A stretch of 64,000 nucleotides of DNA from Opitutales bacterium (GCA_049599475.1 JBMYOQ010000005.1:1-64000); one strand, 5' to 3'; shown: positions 8,719-18,574, numbered from the stretch's first letter. Made by a program: numbers and translations. The notes: a model not told the origin generated them from the letters alone.

Positions 8719-11700
8719 ATGCCCCTGCTAAGACTTGTTTTCATTAGTCTATTCGCCGCTGCTCTATGCTCGAGTGCGTCTCCAGTTATGCTACCCATTC
8801 GCATTAACACCTGGGATGGCAGTCCCGAGATCCGAGAGGTCTCGCTCTTTGCACCGAGTTCAGTCGATAAAATCTATCTGCAGGTGCATGGCTTACGCTT
8901 TGGCGGACAACTGTCCGTTAGAGTGAATGATGATGAATGGTTAGATGTATATAATCATTCCGTGGAGCTTCACCCCAATGAAGCGAAGAACTTGGGTATT
9001 GGCGGTACGTATTCAACGATACGCTTTTACATTTCTGGAGAGAGTATCATCCCTGCCGCGAACAACCACATGTACTTTCGGCTTAATGGTATCGATGGTT
9101 TTACTACAGGGCTGCGTATAATTGATATCGATTTCTTGGATGCATCGGGAGCATCGATTTTGCCTGAATCGGCCTTAGATGAAGAAGACCCCGGTGAGTG
9201 GGCAGGCCCCTACACGCCCGATCAAGTAAATGGACAAGATAAGATCGATTCAGGAGAAATGCTGTGGAGTAAGCGGGATATTCTATTTGAAGATTTCATT
9301 ACCAAAAAGCCCATTCGTGCATCCTGTGCTGATTGCCATTTCGACGATGGTAGCGACTTGAAGTATTTCAACTTTGCAAACGAGACCATTATCTCGCGGG
9401 CGCGCTTTCATGGCCTCAGCGAAGAGCAGGGAAAGCAGATCGCCAGCTATATCCGAAATATCAATTTGAAACTTCCCAAAGGAGTGGATCCGCCCGGGCG
9501 TCCTTGGAACCCGCCCTTCCAACCGGGTCCAGGAACGGATTGGAAACCAGGCGATAATCGGCACAAGCAAGTTGTCGCAAGAGATTCTTGGCTCGCAGGA
9601 AAGGGCTTAGATGCCGTCAAGGATTCGGATCGCGAAGTCTTTGATGCGGTCTTTTCAAACGGAGCAGATTACGGAGAGGTCGCGGAAATGATGGATACGA
9701 TGGGAACCCTGAGTATGCGCGAAATTCCAATGACGGTTCAGTTGCCTGATTGGAACCAATGGCTCCCCCGATATGCCCTGATCGATATCTGGCCTGACGA
9801 TGTGCTCTTGAGAGATGTCCGCGTCGCAGTAGGCGATCCGGATAATCCTAAAGTGAACCCGAAGGTGAACCTAAATCTCTTCTCCAGTCCTGACATCCCA
9901 CTGTGGCAAGGGCCTATTGATTTATATAACGACCTGCATGCAAGACTCGCCGACGACCACAAGGGGCTCGCAAGCAGTGGCCTGTTGAACAATGCAATCG
10001 GAGGATTCACCTTGTCCGTGTTGACCCAGTGGTACGGAAACTTTCGGGACTCCGACAAGGAACTCGATGAGGTGTGGCAGGCGACGAAAGCGCTCGGTGA
10101 GCGAACCTACGACGAAATGCGCATCGCCGTGCTTAGATGGCGCATCGTGAAGACGACCTACCTCGTACGCGAATTCAAGTTGGAGACTCTCGTGGATGAG
10201 CCCGTGGGCGAGCACTTTGGCCCAGAAGTTTCTCCCAACTACACTCCAGAGCCTCTCATGTTTCCGAGTATGCGTCCACGTGGAGCAGCCTGGGCGATTG
10301 CTCCCCATATTTCCGCGAAAAATCAAAAGTATTTCGAAGAGCAGTCACCCAGGCACGGAAAAGCCATGTCTTACCAGTGGTATCAATTGCAGCAGATCCT
10401 GCATCCCGGGTTTCGTCGTTCATCCGCGATGAATAATCCCTTGGACTGGGCATATATTCGGCAGCACAACAACGAGCTACGCAACCGGACCGGACACGAC
10501 TTATCGATGTCCTCTCTCTTCAATTTCATAAAAATGGCCCAAAGCCGCCGAATAGGTGTAGGCGTTCACGGCAAAGGGTTCTCTATGCGGACAACTGCGC
10601 CCAATTTCTTTTTTGCGGAGCACAACCTCAAATGGGAAATTCTCAAGAATTTAAACAATATCTCACCGGGCATGCATCAGCGATTCTTAGAGGAATACCT
10701 TTATGAGTTCATTGATGTAATGGCTCAGTATGACACCACTACAATGGCTCGCGACGATGATGACCGGAACCATATCAATACCGTAAATGATGTCCCCAGA
10801 CCTTGGCATCCGAGTGATTTCAAGTTCTTCAATACTCCAGATGAAGACTTTTTGACGAGCACCTACCGCCTCCTGCCATTGCTCTTAGAGTATGGGATCA
10901 ATCCGGCTGTCATTGAGGATTTTGTCGATTGGCTGATGTTTGCCTATCCCAAGCACAGCCTATGGGATTCACCTCCCTTGTCTATTAGCGACCCGGATAA
11001 CGATGGTGAGATCGATTTCCCTACAATTCCTTATTGGGATGAATACATCACGCCCTCAAACCATTACCTGTATCGGGAAAATTTTGAGGACGGCACAGAC
11101 GCTGGATACACCGGAGGGTTCACCATTATCGAAACCAAAAATGCTGCGACTTACACTCACGATTTGGGAACAACGCCTCGAGGGTCTGGGGGACGATTTG
11201 TCGGGAGAAAGGGCCTAGCCGCAAATAGCTTAAGCGATACTATACGAACCGTTTCCAGGTCATCTCTCGGCGTACCCGCATTTCCGGGACAAAGACTAAA
11301 AATTTCTTTAAGGACTGCTTTCAGGGTCACGGATGAAAACCCTGCAGGCGAAGAAGTTCGCGTAAAAATGACTCTGCGCTTCGATAATGGACAAACCCGT
11401 GAAGCGGAGACACGTTATCTGAATCCAGCCCTGTTTAATAAAAAATTCGAGACCTACGAGTCCGAGATTATAGTCCCCGCAGGGGCCACCCAGGTAAAGA
11501 ATATCGATATCCAATGGATTCGCACTGCGGGCGGCACTTCCAATTCCTCGGTATTTTTCGACAATATTCTTATACAAGATGCCGATCCATACAAAGGAGA
11601 GATATTGGTGGACAGCCAGAGGGCAACGATGCGGAGAGTCCTGGCGAACCAAGGGGATGATAGAATCACAATCCGTTGGAATGCGCCCTCAGACCTCTCG

Positions 11701-13353
11701 AATATCGAGGGCTATAATCTCTACCGCTGGGTCGAAAAAGAAGACATCCATGACAATTCTGAAGAAGAGCGCATTAACCTCGTGCCGCTTTCTAAGCTAT
11801 TTAATGACTACACGGACAGGAACGTCGAGTTTGGCGTGCCCTATCGCTACCGGATCGGTACCGTGGGTGTAAACGGAGATGAATTGGAAGATGAAAGCGA
11901 CCACCTGGGCATCACTCTCGAGAGTTTAATACCCGATATTCCTGTCCGCCATCAATACCTCGAGGCGCTCGAGGACGGCACCGTGCGCCTGAGCTGGTTT
12001 GGAGTTCCCGACCTAGATAATCTGGGCTATAGCGTTTTTCGGCGACCTCTGGGCGCTGCCGACTGGGAGCTGATGAGTGGTAATAATACAACAGGCATGA
12101 CTTTCGACGATCTTACGGTTCTCGAAGATGTATCCTATGAATATTACGTTAGCCCTTACACCTTCTCTAAAGGCGACTTTCTCGACGAGGCCCAAAGCAT
12201 CGTTTTCAATCCCTATGCAACCGCCGTCGAACGTGCGGTCGATGTCGGCCTAATCGCCTATGTGAATTTTGATGGAGGTGTTACGGATTCCACTGGGAAT
12301 TTGATAGTCAGCCCACACTCGGGTAATGGCCTTCAAGTGGGCGCAGGTATCATCGGGGATGCCTACCGCGTCACACAAACTTCAGAGCGGGTCAATATCT
12401 TGGATGATCTCTCGTTAAACACGGGTGAATCCTATCCTCTGAGAACGATTTCCTTATGGTTTAAACTCGATGCGATAGGAGGGCCACAGACTATTTATGA
12501 AGAAGGTGGTGGCACATCTGGTATCCACATTTATCTGATTGACGACACCCTATACGCCGGAGCGTATGATTCCAATCTCGGCTGGGAAGGCACTTGGAAA
12601 GAATACTCCGGTGTAAGTGCGGGCGAGTGGCATCACGTAGCGTTGGTACTGGATGCGGACATTAGCCCCGATGTATTGGTCGAAGACCAACTTTTCGCAT
12701 ATTTCAATGGGATAGAAATCGACCCTGAGGACACCGCAGCACGAGCTCTCGGCGAACACGGAAACGATAGCGCGCTCGGAGGCGTGGCTGGGTCCACAAG
12801 GATCCATGATGGCTCGGCACGTGGCAGCATGGTCGGCTTGATCGACGAATTTGCCCTGTGGAATCGTGCCCTCAGCCATCGTGAAATCGCAGCCTTAGCG
12901 GGCCAGAGAATTAATTACACCCTCGATTCATTCCGCAGCCGATATCTTTTGGCGTCCGATGGCTCAGACGACTACAAAGACTGGTCCGGAAATGGCATTA
13001 CGAACATAGCCTATTATTTCTTTGGCCTAGGTGACCCGCGGCAGACTGAGGCCCCTAATCTTGAGCGCGGTGTGAATCCAGCCGGCGGCTTACCCGTCAT
13101 CGACGTAGGCCTGGGCGCTGGGGACTTTGAATTTAGCTATGTGCGGAACAAGCACCAAAGCACCTTTGGATATCAGATTCAGTATAGTGAGGATTTAGAG
13201 ACTTGGAGCGACTTGCAGGACTTGCCAGCAGAGAAACAACCGGTTTCAGATGCATTGATAGAGCCTATTGATGAGGATTATGAAATTGTGTCTGAAAGCC
13301 TAAACTTCGAGGGCACAAATGGATATTTCCGCGTAGAAGTCAGTGAGCGCTGA
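8719..13353 (+). CDS. Large secreted multidomain protein: single c-type heme motif, helical domain, CBM-like beta-sandwich, FN3-like repeats, LamG/concanavalin-like domain, C-terminal FxRV-type domain
   Basis: ORF 8611-13353; signal peptide follows ATG 8719. CADCH at 9325-9339; IRWNAP..GYNLYR and LSW..GYSVFRR FN3 patterns; TISLWFK..WHHVAL..GLIDEFALWNRALS LamG pattern. Confidence 0.8.
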   Translation: MPLLRLVFISLFAAALCSSASPVMLPIRINTWDGSPEIREVSLFAPSSVDKIYLQVHGLRFGGQLSVRVNDDEWLDVYNHSVELHPNEAKNLGIGGTYSTIRFYISGESIIPAANNHMYFRLNGIDGFTTGLRIIDIDFLDASGASILPESALDEEDPGEWAGPYTPDQVNGQDKIDSGEMLWSKRDILFEDFITKKPIRASCADCHFDDGSDLKYFNFANETIISRARFHGLSEEQGKQIASYIRNINLKLPKGVDPPGRPWNPPFQPGPGTDWKPGDNRHKQVVARDSWLAGKGLDAVKDSDREVFDAVFSNGADYGEVAEMMDTMGTLSMREIPMTVQLPDWNQWLPRYALIDIWPDDVLLRDVRVAVGDPDNPKVNPKVNLNLFSSPDIPLWQGPIDLYNDLHARLADDHKGLASSGLLNNAIGGFTLSVLTQWYGNFRDSDKELDEVWQATKALGERTYDEMRIAVLRWRIVKTTYLVREFKLETLVDEPVGEHFGPEVSPNYTPEPLMFPSMRPRGAAWAIAPHISAKNQKYFEEQSPRHGKAMSYQWYQLQQILHPGFRRSSAMNNPLDWAYIRQHNNELRNRTGHDLSMSSLFNFIKMAQSRRIGVGVHGKGFSMRTTAPNFFFAEHNLKWEILKNLNNISPGMHQRFLEEYLYEFIDVMAQYDTTTMARDDDDRNHINTVNDVPRPWHPSDFKFFNTPDEDFLTSTYRLLPLLLEYGINPAVIEDFVDWLMFAYPKHSLWDSPPLSISDPDNDGEIDFPTIPYWDEYITPSNHYLYRENFEDGTDAGYTGGFTIIETKNAATYTHDLGTTPRGSGGRFVGRKGLAANSLSDTIRTVSRSSLGVPAFPGQRLKISLRTAFRVTDENPAGEEVRVKMTLRFDNGQTREAETRYLNPALFNKKFETYESEIIVPAGATQVKNIDIQWIRTAGGTSNSSVFFDNILIQDADPYKGEILVDSQRATMRRVLANQGDDRITIRWNAPSDLSNIEGYNLYRWVEKEDIHDNSEEERINLVPLSKLFNDYTDRNVEFGVPYRYRIGTVGVNGDELEDESDHLGITLESLIPDIPVRHQYLEALEDGTVRLSWFGVPDLDNLGYSVFRRPLGAADWELMSGNNTTGMTFDDLTVLEDVSYEYYVSPYTFSKGDFLDEAQSIVFNPYATAVERAVDVGLIAYVNFDGGVTDSTGNLIVSPHSGNGLQVGAGIIGDAYRVTQTSERVNILDDLSLNTGESYPLRTISLWFKLDAIGGPQTIYEEGGGTSGIHIYLIDDTLYAGAYDSNLGWEGTWKEYSGVSAGEWHHVALVLDADISPDVLVEDQLFAYFNGIEIDPEDTAARALGEHGNDSALGGVAGSTRIHDGSARGSMVGLIDEFALWNRALSHREIAALAGQRINYTLDSFRSRYLLASDGSDDYKDWSGNGITNIAYYFFGLGDPRQTEAPNLERGVNPAGGLPVIDVGLGAGDFEFSYVRNKHQSTFGYQIQYSEDLETWSDLQDLPAEKQPVSDALIEPIDEDYEIVSESLNFEGTNGYFRVEVSER

Positions 13354-13414
13354 GGGATAGCAATGGCTACACGGCGCTGCTAGAGTGATAACGGGAGGAT
13401 TGAGTTCGCAGATA

Positions 13415-13439
13415 CCACCGCCCGGAGGTGGCGGCTACC
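13415..13439 (-). repeat. GTAG-type REP-like element
   Basis: Revcomp GGTAGCCGCCACCTCCGGGCGGTGG, similar to the copies at 39654 and 39715-39740. Confidence 0.55.
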
Positions 13440-13748
13440 TTCGCTTATGCCTACTTTATTAATAGATTTGGAATGACAATCTGGAGTTCACCAAGCTTAT
13501 AAAAGGAACCACGAATGAACACGGATTCACACGAATTCTCCTTATAACGGCGCCGTATTCGTCGTTAACAGAAAGCTGGTCATTGATTTAACAAAGTAGA
13601 ATTAGTCGGTTTCTCAATAGTGTTTTCGTTTGTTCTGGTAAATCCCCACTTTCGAAGGGTGGGAGTGGTAGGACGAAAATGATTTTGAGGAAGGGTCTTT
13701 TATATAAAAGGATGTATTCCCTAAATGGATATATGGTCCATTGTCATG

Positions 13749-13779
13749 AAAAAGGCCTCACATTGAGTGTGAGGCCTTT
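13749..13779 (-). terminator. Intrinsic terminator of the subtilase gene
   Basis: 12-bp stem AAAGGCCTCACA/TGTGAGGCCTTT, T-run on the minus strand. Confidence 0.85.
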
Positions 13780-13804
13780 CTGGAATTGTTTATCGATGTG
13801 TGTA

Positions 13805-16099
13805 TCAGTTGGGAGCTACGGAAAGGGCCGCATTTACCGGATCGATGATTCCCATACCATCTACCGCTCCCCAGCCGGTGCCTATTATGTTTTCAAAGGT
13901 AGCTGTTGCTTGGAAGAGAAACCCGTCGAAGGAGAAGGTGACGGTTGCACCGTCCAGCAGGTCTGCGGCATTACCGCCTCCAAGGCCCGCGAGGTCGCGA
14001 TCGATGACGAAGTTCAGCCGATCTCCTGGGGTGAACGTACCCGGAGCCAAGGCAATGCTTAGAGTTGTGCCGCCATCGACCACGGTCGCCGAAATATCTG
14101 AGGCTGTGATGCCTGAGAGTTGGCCCAGTGTGAATGGAGTGCTGCCAAAGCCAGCGGTATCGAAGATTAGGCCCGTGCCTGCCAGGTCTATGAAAATTTC
14201 ACTGATTGAAAGCGCCGGGAAGGGGCCATCGAAAATTACCTTGAAGGATTCTGTGTCGGCTACCGAGGCATTGGAGGCATCCGCGTCGACTTCAATCTTT
14301 AGAGTGACGGGCCCCGTAGAGGCATCTGCATCGATGCTCCAGATATCCAAATCGTGCGGGGACGCTGTATTCATTAAGGTGGTACGCATTTCGTCAGGTG
14401 TTAGGGAGCCTGGGCCACCTGCCACTTCAAGCACGAGTGCCGCGGCTGCTGCGGCTACCGGAGCCGATGCGCTGGTGCCAAAGAAATTCGGGAAGCCAGT
14501 GCCATCGGTGTCTGCCCCGAAGAATGTGGTGTCGACTCCATCGAGGGCCGAAAAGTCTGGTTTTAAGCGTGTTTCCACAGCTGGAAGGCGATTGCCCAAT
14601 GCGTCGAACCAGATATCAACAGGACCGGGAGCGGTGAAACCTTCGGGGATTTCGAGTTCGTCATACGCGTAGGCGCCGACTCCCATTGCACCCGCCGCCG
14701 CGGCGTGTCCGTAGGTAGCGACTGTTTGGTATTTCGGGAACTCTACGACCTCACCGCCAAACATGACGTAGCGAAGCTGATCGGCATTTGGGACTGTCGG
14801 CGCATTGAAACGCGCAATGGCGATTTGTACCTGGCCCGAGAATCCAAAGGCTTCGATGCTTTGGTCGGTTGCGAAATTGTCTGTAGCGACTGGGCCCAGG
14901 AAATTACCCGCTGTATCCCAAATGTAGATGTCGTAGTCTGCAGTGATGCCTCCGACGTCGTAGGGGTCGTTCCACTGGAATATGAGGGTGCCATCGGCGA
15001 GGAGATCGATCGTCTGGGTGATCGCGACCCCTGGGCCTTCATCAAAATCATGGAAGCCGAATTGATAGGCGATTTCTGGGATGAGAGAAAGATCTATATT
15101 TTCCGATCCGCTCGTGATAAGAGCATCTACCTCTGCGGGGAATACAGGTGTGAAGGTGCCCGCGAATGCATTCGTCCCGGCGTTGTTGCCTGCAGAGGAG
15201 AAATAGGAAACACCCTGTGCGGCTACGGTATCCACGGCCTGTGCAACAATACCATCGGAGAACATAGGCTCCGCGAGGTAAATAATATCATCGACAATGA
15301 TATCGGCACCGAACTGCGCGGGATCTGCCAGGTTAACAATATTGTTTGCGAAACCTACTTCACTGATGAAGGCCGTCGCAAAGCCTAGCTCAGCCTGCGG
15401 TGCGATATCGTGGATGATCTGGAGCATGGCGCGACCCTCGTCGATGCCGGCGAGGGGAGGTAGGTCTTCCAATACTACAATCGGAGTCGTGTTACCCAAC
15501 GGGTTCCCGATTCCAGGTAGATCGCCCGATGCGATGTCGTCTGCCGCAGTGATGCCGGTAATGAAGGTGTCGTAGCTATCGGAAATAACACCAATTTTAA
15601 TACCGTCGCCATCAAAGCCAAAGGAGTTGATCACATCAGTGCGGAGCACTGGGGCGGCTTGAGCGGTGACAGAGCCGATGTTGGTAATGGGCTGTAGCTC
15701 CAAGGAGAGTGAGCGCACGCCTTCGAGCTTGGCCAAAGCGGGAATCTTCGCAATCGGCGCGTAAAAGGAGATAACACCTTCTCTGTACGATGCGAATTCA
15801 GCGTAGACCTCGATGCCTTGAGCTTCGAGACGATTTTTTAGGCCGGTGTAAAGCTTCCGATCAGAGATCACAGCCTTTACCATGACATGACCTGATTCGT
15901 TGCGAATCGCACGCTTCAGCATTTTCTTGGCAACATCCTTGGTGAATGGAGATGCTGATGGATCGCTGGAAGATACGATCTCGCGAAGGCCCAGATTCAG
16001 GTTGCTTGGTAGATCGTTGGAGAAAAACGGGCCTTTCGCGTGAAGACCGAGTAGTGTTGAGAGGGAGATTACCCCTAGGCAGATGTGTTTTGAGAGCAT
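13805..16099 (-). CDS. Secreted subtilisin-clan serine peptidase (S8/S53-like, Glu at the His position)
   Basis: ORF to 16144, likely ATG 16099. IGVISDS, DEGRAMLQIIHDIAP, FSSAGN, FFGTSASAP; acidic mature region. Confidence 0.85.
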   Translation of the reverse strand: MLSKHICLGVISLSTLLGLHAKGPFFSNDLPSNLNLGLREIVSSSDPSASPFTKDVAKKMLKRAIRNESGHVMVKAVISDRKLYTGLKNRLEAQGIEVYAEFASYREGVISFYAPIAKIPALAKLEGVRSLSLELQPITNIGSVTAQAAPVLRTDVINSFGFDGDGIKIGVISDSYDTFITGITAADDIASGDLPGIGNPLGNTTPIVVLEDLPPLAGIDEGRAMLQIIHDIAPQAELGFATAFISEVGFANNIVNLADPAQFGADIIVDDIIYLAEPMFSDGIVAQAVDTVAAQGVSYFSSAGNNAGTNAFAGTFTPVFPAEVDALITSGSENIDLSLIPEIAYQFGFHDFDEGPGVAITQTIDLLADGTLIFQWNDPYDVGGITADYDIYIWDTAGNFLGPVATDNFATDQSIEAFGFSGQVQIAIARFNAPTVPNADQLRYVMFGGEVVEFPKYQTVATYGHAAAAGAMGVGAYAYDELEIPEGFTAPGPVDIWFDALGNRLPAVETRLKPDFSALDGVDTTFFGADTDGTGFPNFFGTSASAPVAAAAAALVLEVAGGPGSLTPDEMRTTLMNTASPHDLDIWSIDADASTGPVTLKIEVDADASNASVADTESFKVIFDGPFPALSISEIFIDLAGTGLIFDTAGFGSTPFTLGQLSGITASDISATVVDGGTTLSIALAPGTFTPGDRLNFVIDRDLAGLGGGNAADLLDGATVTFSFDGFLFQATATFENIIGTGWGAVDGMGIIDPVNAALSVAPN

Positions 16100-16262
16100 A
16101 ATTTTTTGAATGGTTCGACCAAACGTTCGCTCACAGAAAGGCATCAGCTTTTATGTTTTTTCAAATGGAAGCCTGGGGATTTACACGAATCGAGAAGCCT
16201 TTACTTTATTGTTACAAAGCGAGACTCTCATGCTTTTGAGAGGCCATCGAGGCCGATGATCC

Positions 16263-17123
16263 TCATGAGGTCGCTTCGATTGGGCTGATACCAAAGATGC
16301 GTTTAAACTCGCGGCTAAATTGTGGGGTGCTTTCGTAGCCGACTTGCTGAGCAGCTTCGTTTACGCGGAGTCCATTGTAGCGCAGGAGGTCGCGTGCGCG
16401 ATCCAAGCGTATGCGTTTGAGGTATTGGATCGGGGAAGTGGAAGTTACCTCTTTAAAAATGCGATGAAAGCTGGATGGACTCATGTGCACGAGGGCCGCG
16501 AGCGCATCTACGTCTATGGTTTCATGATAGTTCGTATGTAGTTGCTTCAAGGCCCGATCGATTCGTGCTAAATTCGAATTTTTTGTGGCGAGTGCGTAAA
16601 GAGAGGCCGCGTTTTCCGTGCACATGATGCGATATATCAACTCACGAATGATCCCCGGACCGATGATGCGCGCTTCGCTTGCTGATCGGAGGGATAACAG
16701 TAAGCGATGGACGGTCTCGCGCATCTGTAAGGTACTTTTTGATACGAATAATGCATCGGGCCGAGATTGGAGGTCAAACAGCTCATGTTCGGCCTCCATT
16801 TCGGTGATCACTTCATTGAGTGTACCCAAATCAATATCCACCATCATGCCTAATAGTGGGTTTTCTGGAGTGCCTATACCGTCGCATTCGGCGGGTAGTG
16901 GAACTGTTAGGACAAGGTAGTTCAGTGAATCATAGCGATAAACCTGGCCGCCTAGATGTACCTGTTTTGTGCCGTTACCGATAATGTAGATACCTTGCCG
17001 GTAGCACATCGGGGTACGCTCAAAAGAGTAGGAGGCTCGATGAATGTGTACGCCAGGTAGATGGGTAGAGTTTAATTCCTCCTCGGGAGCCAGCTCGTCC
17101 ATCATTAGGGCAATATCGTCCAT
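16263..17123 (-). CDS. yqhC: AraC-family regulator, YqhC-like
   Basis: AraC_N-type N-terminus (YLVLTVPLPAEC), C-terminal HTH pair MSPSSFHRIFK..SPIQYLK..VGYESTPQFSREFKR; adjacent to yqhD. Confidence 0.8.
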   Translation of the reverse strand: MDDIALMMDELAPEEELNSTHLPGVHIHRASYSFERTPMCYRQGIYIIGNGTKQVHLGGQVYRYDSLNYLVLTVPLPAECDGIGTPENPLLGMMVDIDLGTLNEVITEMEAEHELFDLQSRPDALFVSKSTLQMRETVHRLLLSLRSASEARIIGPGIIRELIYRIMCTENAASLYALATKNSNLARIDRALKQLHTNYHETIDVDALAALVHMSPSSFHRIFKEVTSTSPIQYLKRIRLDRARDLLRYNGLRVNEAAQQVGYESTPQFSREFKRIFGISPIEATS

Positions 17124-17147
17124 CGTCGCTGAAATCTGTTTTGCTAG

Positions 17148-17177
17148 GAGCCACTGGATATTGAAGTCCAGTGGCTC
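17148..17177. terminator. Hairpin between yqhD and yqhC
   Basis: 11-bp perfect stem GAGCCACTGGA/TCCAGTGGCTC; no clear T-tail. Confidence 0.4.
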
Positions 17178-17199
17178 AATTGTAAGCGGTGTATGAGTG

Positions 17200-18372
17200 C
17201 TATACGGCTAGTTTTAGGACAGCTCCGGCGTCTTCGAGCGTGAAGTCGCCCGTTTCTGACAGCTGGGTCATGCCGTGCTTCTCTAGTGCTTCTACCACCT
17301 TCGGGATATCGCTCTCTCCGATATTGTTTTCGGAAAGCTTCGTTTTCATTCCGAGTGATCGGAAGAAGGCTTCAGTTTTCTCAATCGCAGTCTCGGCTTT
17401 CTCGGACTCCGTACCTTCGCTGATACCCCATACGCGCTCTGCGTATTGAGCGAGCTTGGCTTGTTTCTTCTCAAAGCGCAGCTTCCAGAGTGGAGACTGC
17501 ACAATCGCCAAAGTGCGTGCATGATCGAGTCCGAATAGCGCGGTCAGCTCATGGCCGATCATGTGCGTGGTCCAGTCTTGCGGCACGCCCGAGCCGACTA
17601 CACCATTGAGTGCCATAGTCGCACACCAGAATAGATTGGCCCGGGCATTGTAGTTTTCTGGCTCAGCTATTGTGGTGGGGCCGACTTCGATAAGGGTCTG
17701 AAGAATACCCTCGGCGACTCGGTCTTGGAATCGAGCGTCTACAGGATAAGTTACATATTGTTCAAGCACATGTACGAAAGTATCCACTACGCCGTTGGCT
17801 ACCTGGTGGGTAGGGAGGCTATAGGTGAGCTCCGGATCCAAAATTGAGAACTTAGGATAGGTCAACATGCTGAAAACGGGCAGTTTGTCATGACCATCCG
17901 AAATGACCGCAAATCCATTCATTTCGGAGCCGGTAGCGGGCAGGGTGACCACGGTGCCCATCGGAATCGCAGTGTCCACAGGCACCGGCGCGAACCCAAA
18001 ATTCATGAGTTCGCGTTCCTTGCCTTTGTAATCATCTGCGGTGACTGCCAGAGCGATGAATTTCGTGCCGTCCATGACGGACCCTCCGCCCAATGCCAGG
18101 AGAAAATCTACCTTTTCAGCGCGAGCCAGTTCGACAGCATTCATAAGTGTTGAAAACTGTGGATTTGCTTCGATGCCGCCGAACTCAAGGACCGTGCGTT
18201 CTGACTTTGCGAGCTCCGCCTTGACGCTGTCTAAGGTGCCAAAACGCTTCACGCTGCCACCGCCGTAGGTGATGAGAACTGTTGCGCCGGAGGGTACTAA
18301 GGAGTCTAGCTGGGCGATCTGATCTTTGCCAAATACGGCCTGTGTGGGATTATAAAATGTGAAATTATTCAT
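17200..18372 (-). CDS. yqhD: NADPH-dependent iron-containing alcohol/aldehyde dehydrogenase
   Basis: MNNFTFYNPT, TYGGGSVK, LALGGGSVMDGTKFI, TLPATGSEMN, DWTTHMIGHELTALFGLDHA. Confidence 0.9.
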   Translation of the reverse strand: MNNFTFYNPTQAVFGKDQIAQLDSLVPSGATVLITYGGGSVKRFGTLDSVKAELAKSERTVLEFGGIEANPQFSTLMNAVELARAEKVDFLLALGGGSVMDGTKFIALAVTADDYKGKERELMNFGFAPVPVDTAIPMGTVVTLPATGSEMNGFAVISDGHDKLPVFSMLTYPKFSILDPELTYSLPTHQVANGVVDTFVHVLEQYVTYPVDARFQDRVAEGILQTLIEVGPTTIAEPENYNARANLFWCATMALNGVVGSGVPQDWTTHMIGHELTALFGLDHARTLAIVQSPLWKLRFEKKQAKLAQYAERVWGISEGTESEKAETAIEKTEAFFRSLGMKTKLSENNIGESDIPKVVEALEKHGMTQLSETGDFTLEDAGAVLKLAV

Positions 18373-18574
18373 CAGGTTCTGTAGGTTCTTTGGTTTATAC
18401 GGAAGTTATGTAGTATCCGTAATATACAAGCGAAGAACGCAGGAATCTATACATGTTCCTGGCGATGATTTGCCTATTCCTATCAAATAGACGAAAAATG
18501 AATACCCACTCAACCGGGCTTCTGGCGATGAATCCATGGTTGGCCGAATCCTGAATGCTCGGCCGAAATCCTGC

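Noticed and set aside
13509..13540. CACGAATGAACACGGATTCACACGAAT short tandem motif
   Set aside because: Looks like a degenerate intergenic repeat, but I found no clear second full copy in the window
13800..15388. Long plus-strand ORFs (290 aa and 227 aa)
   Set aside because: Antisense shadows of the subtilase gene with no recognisable motifs; the same applies to most short ORFs in the track
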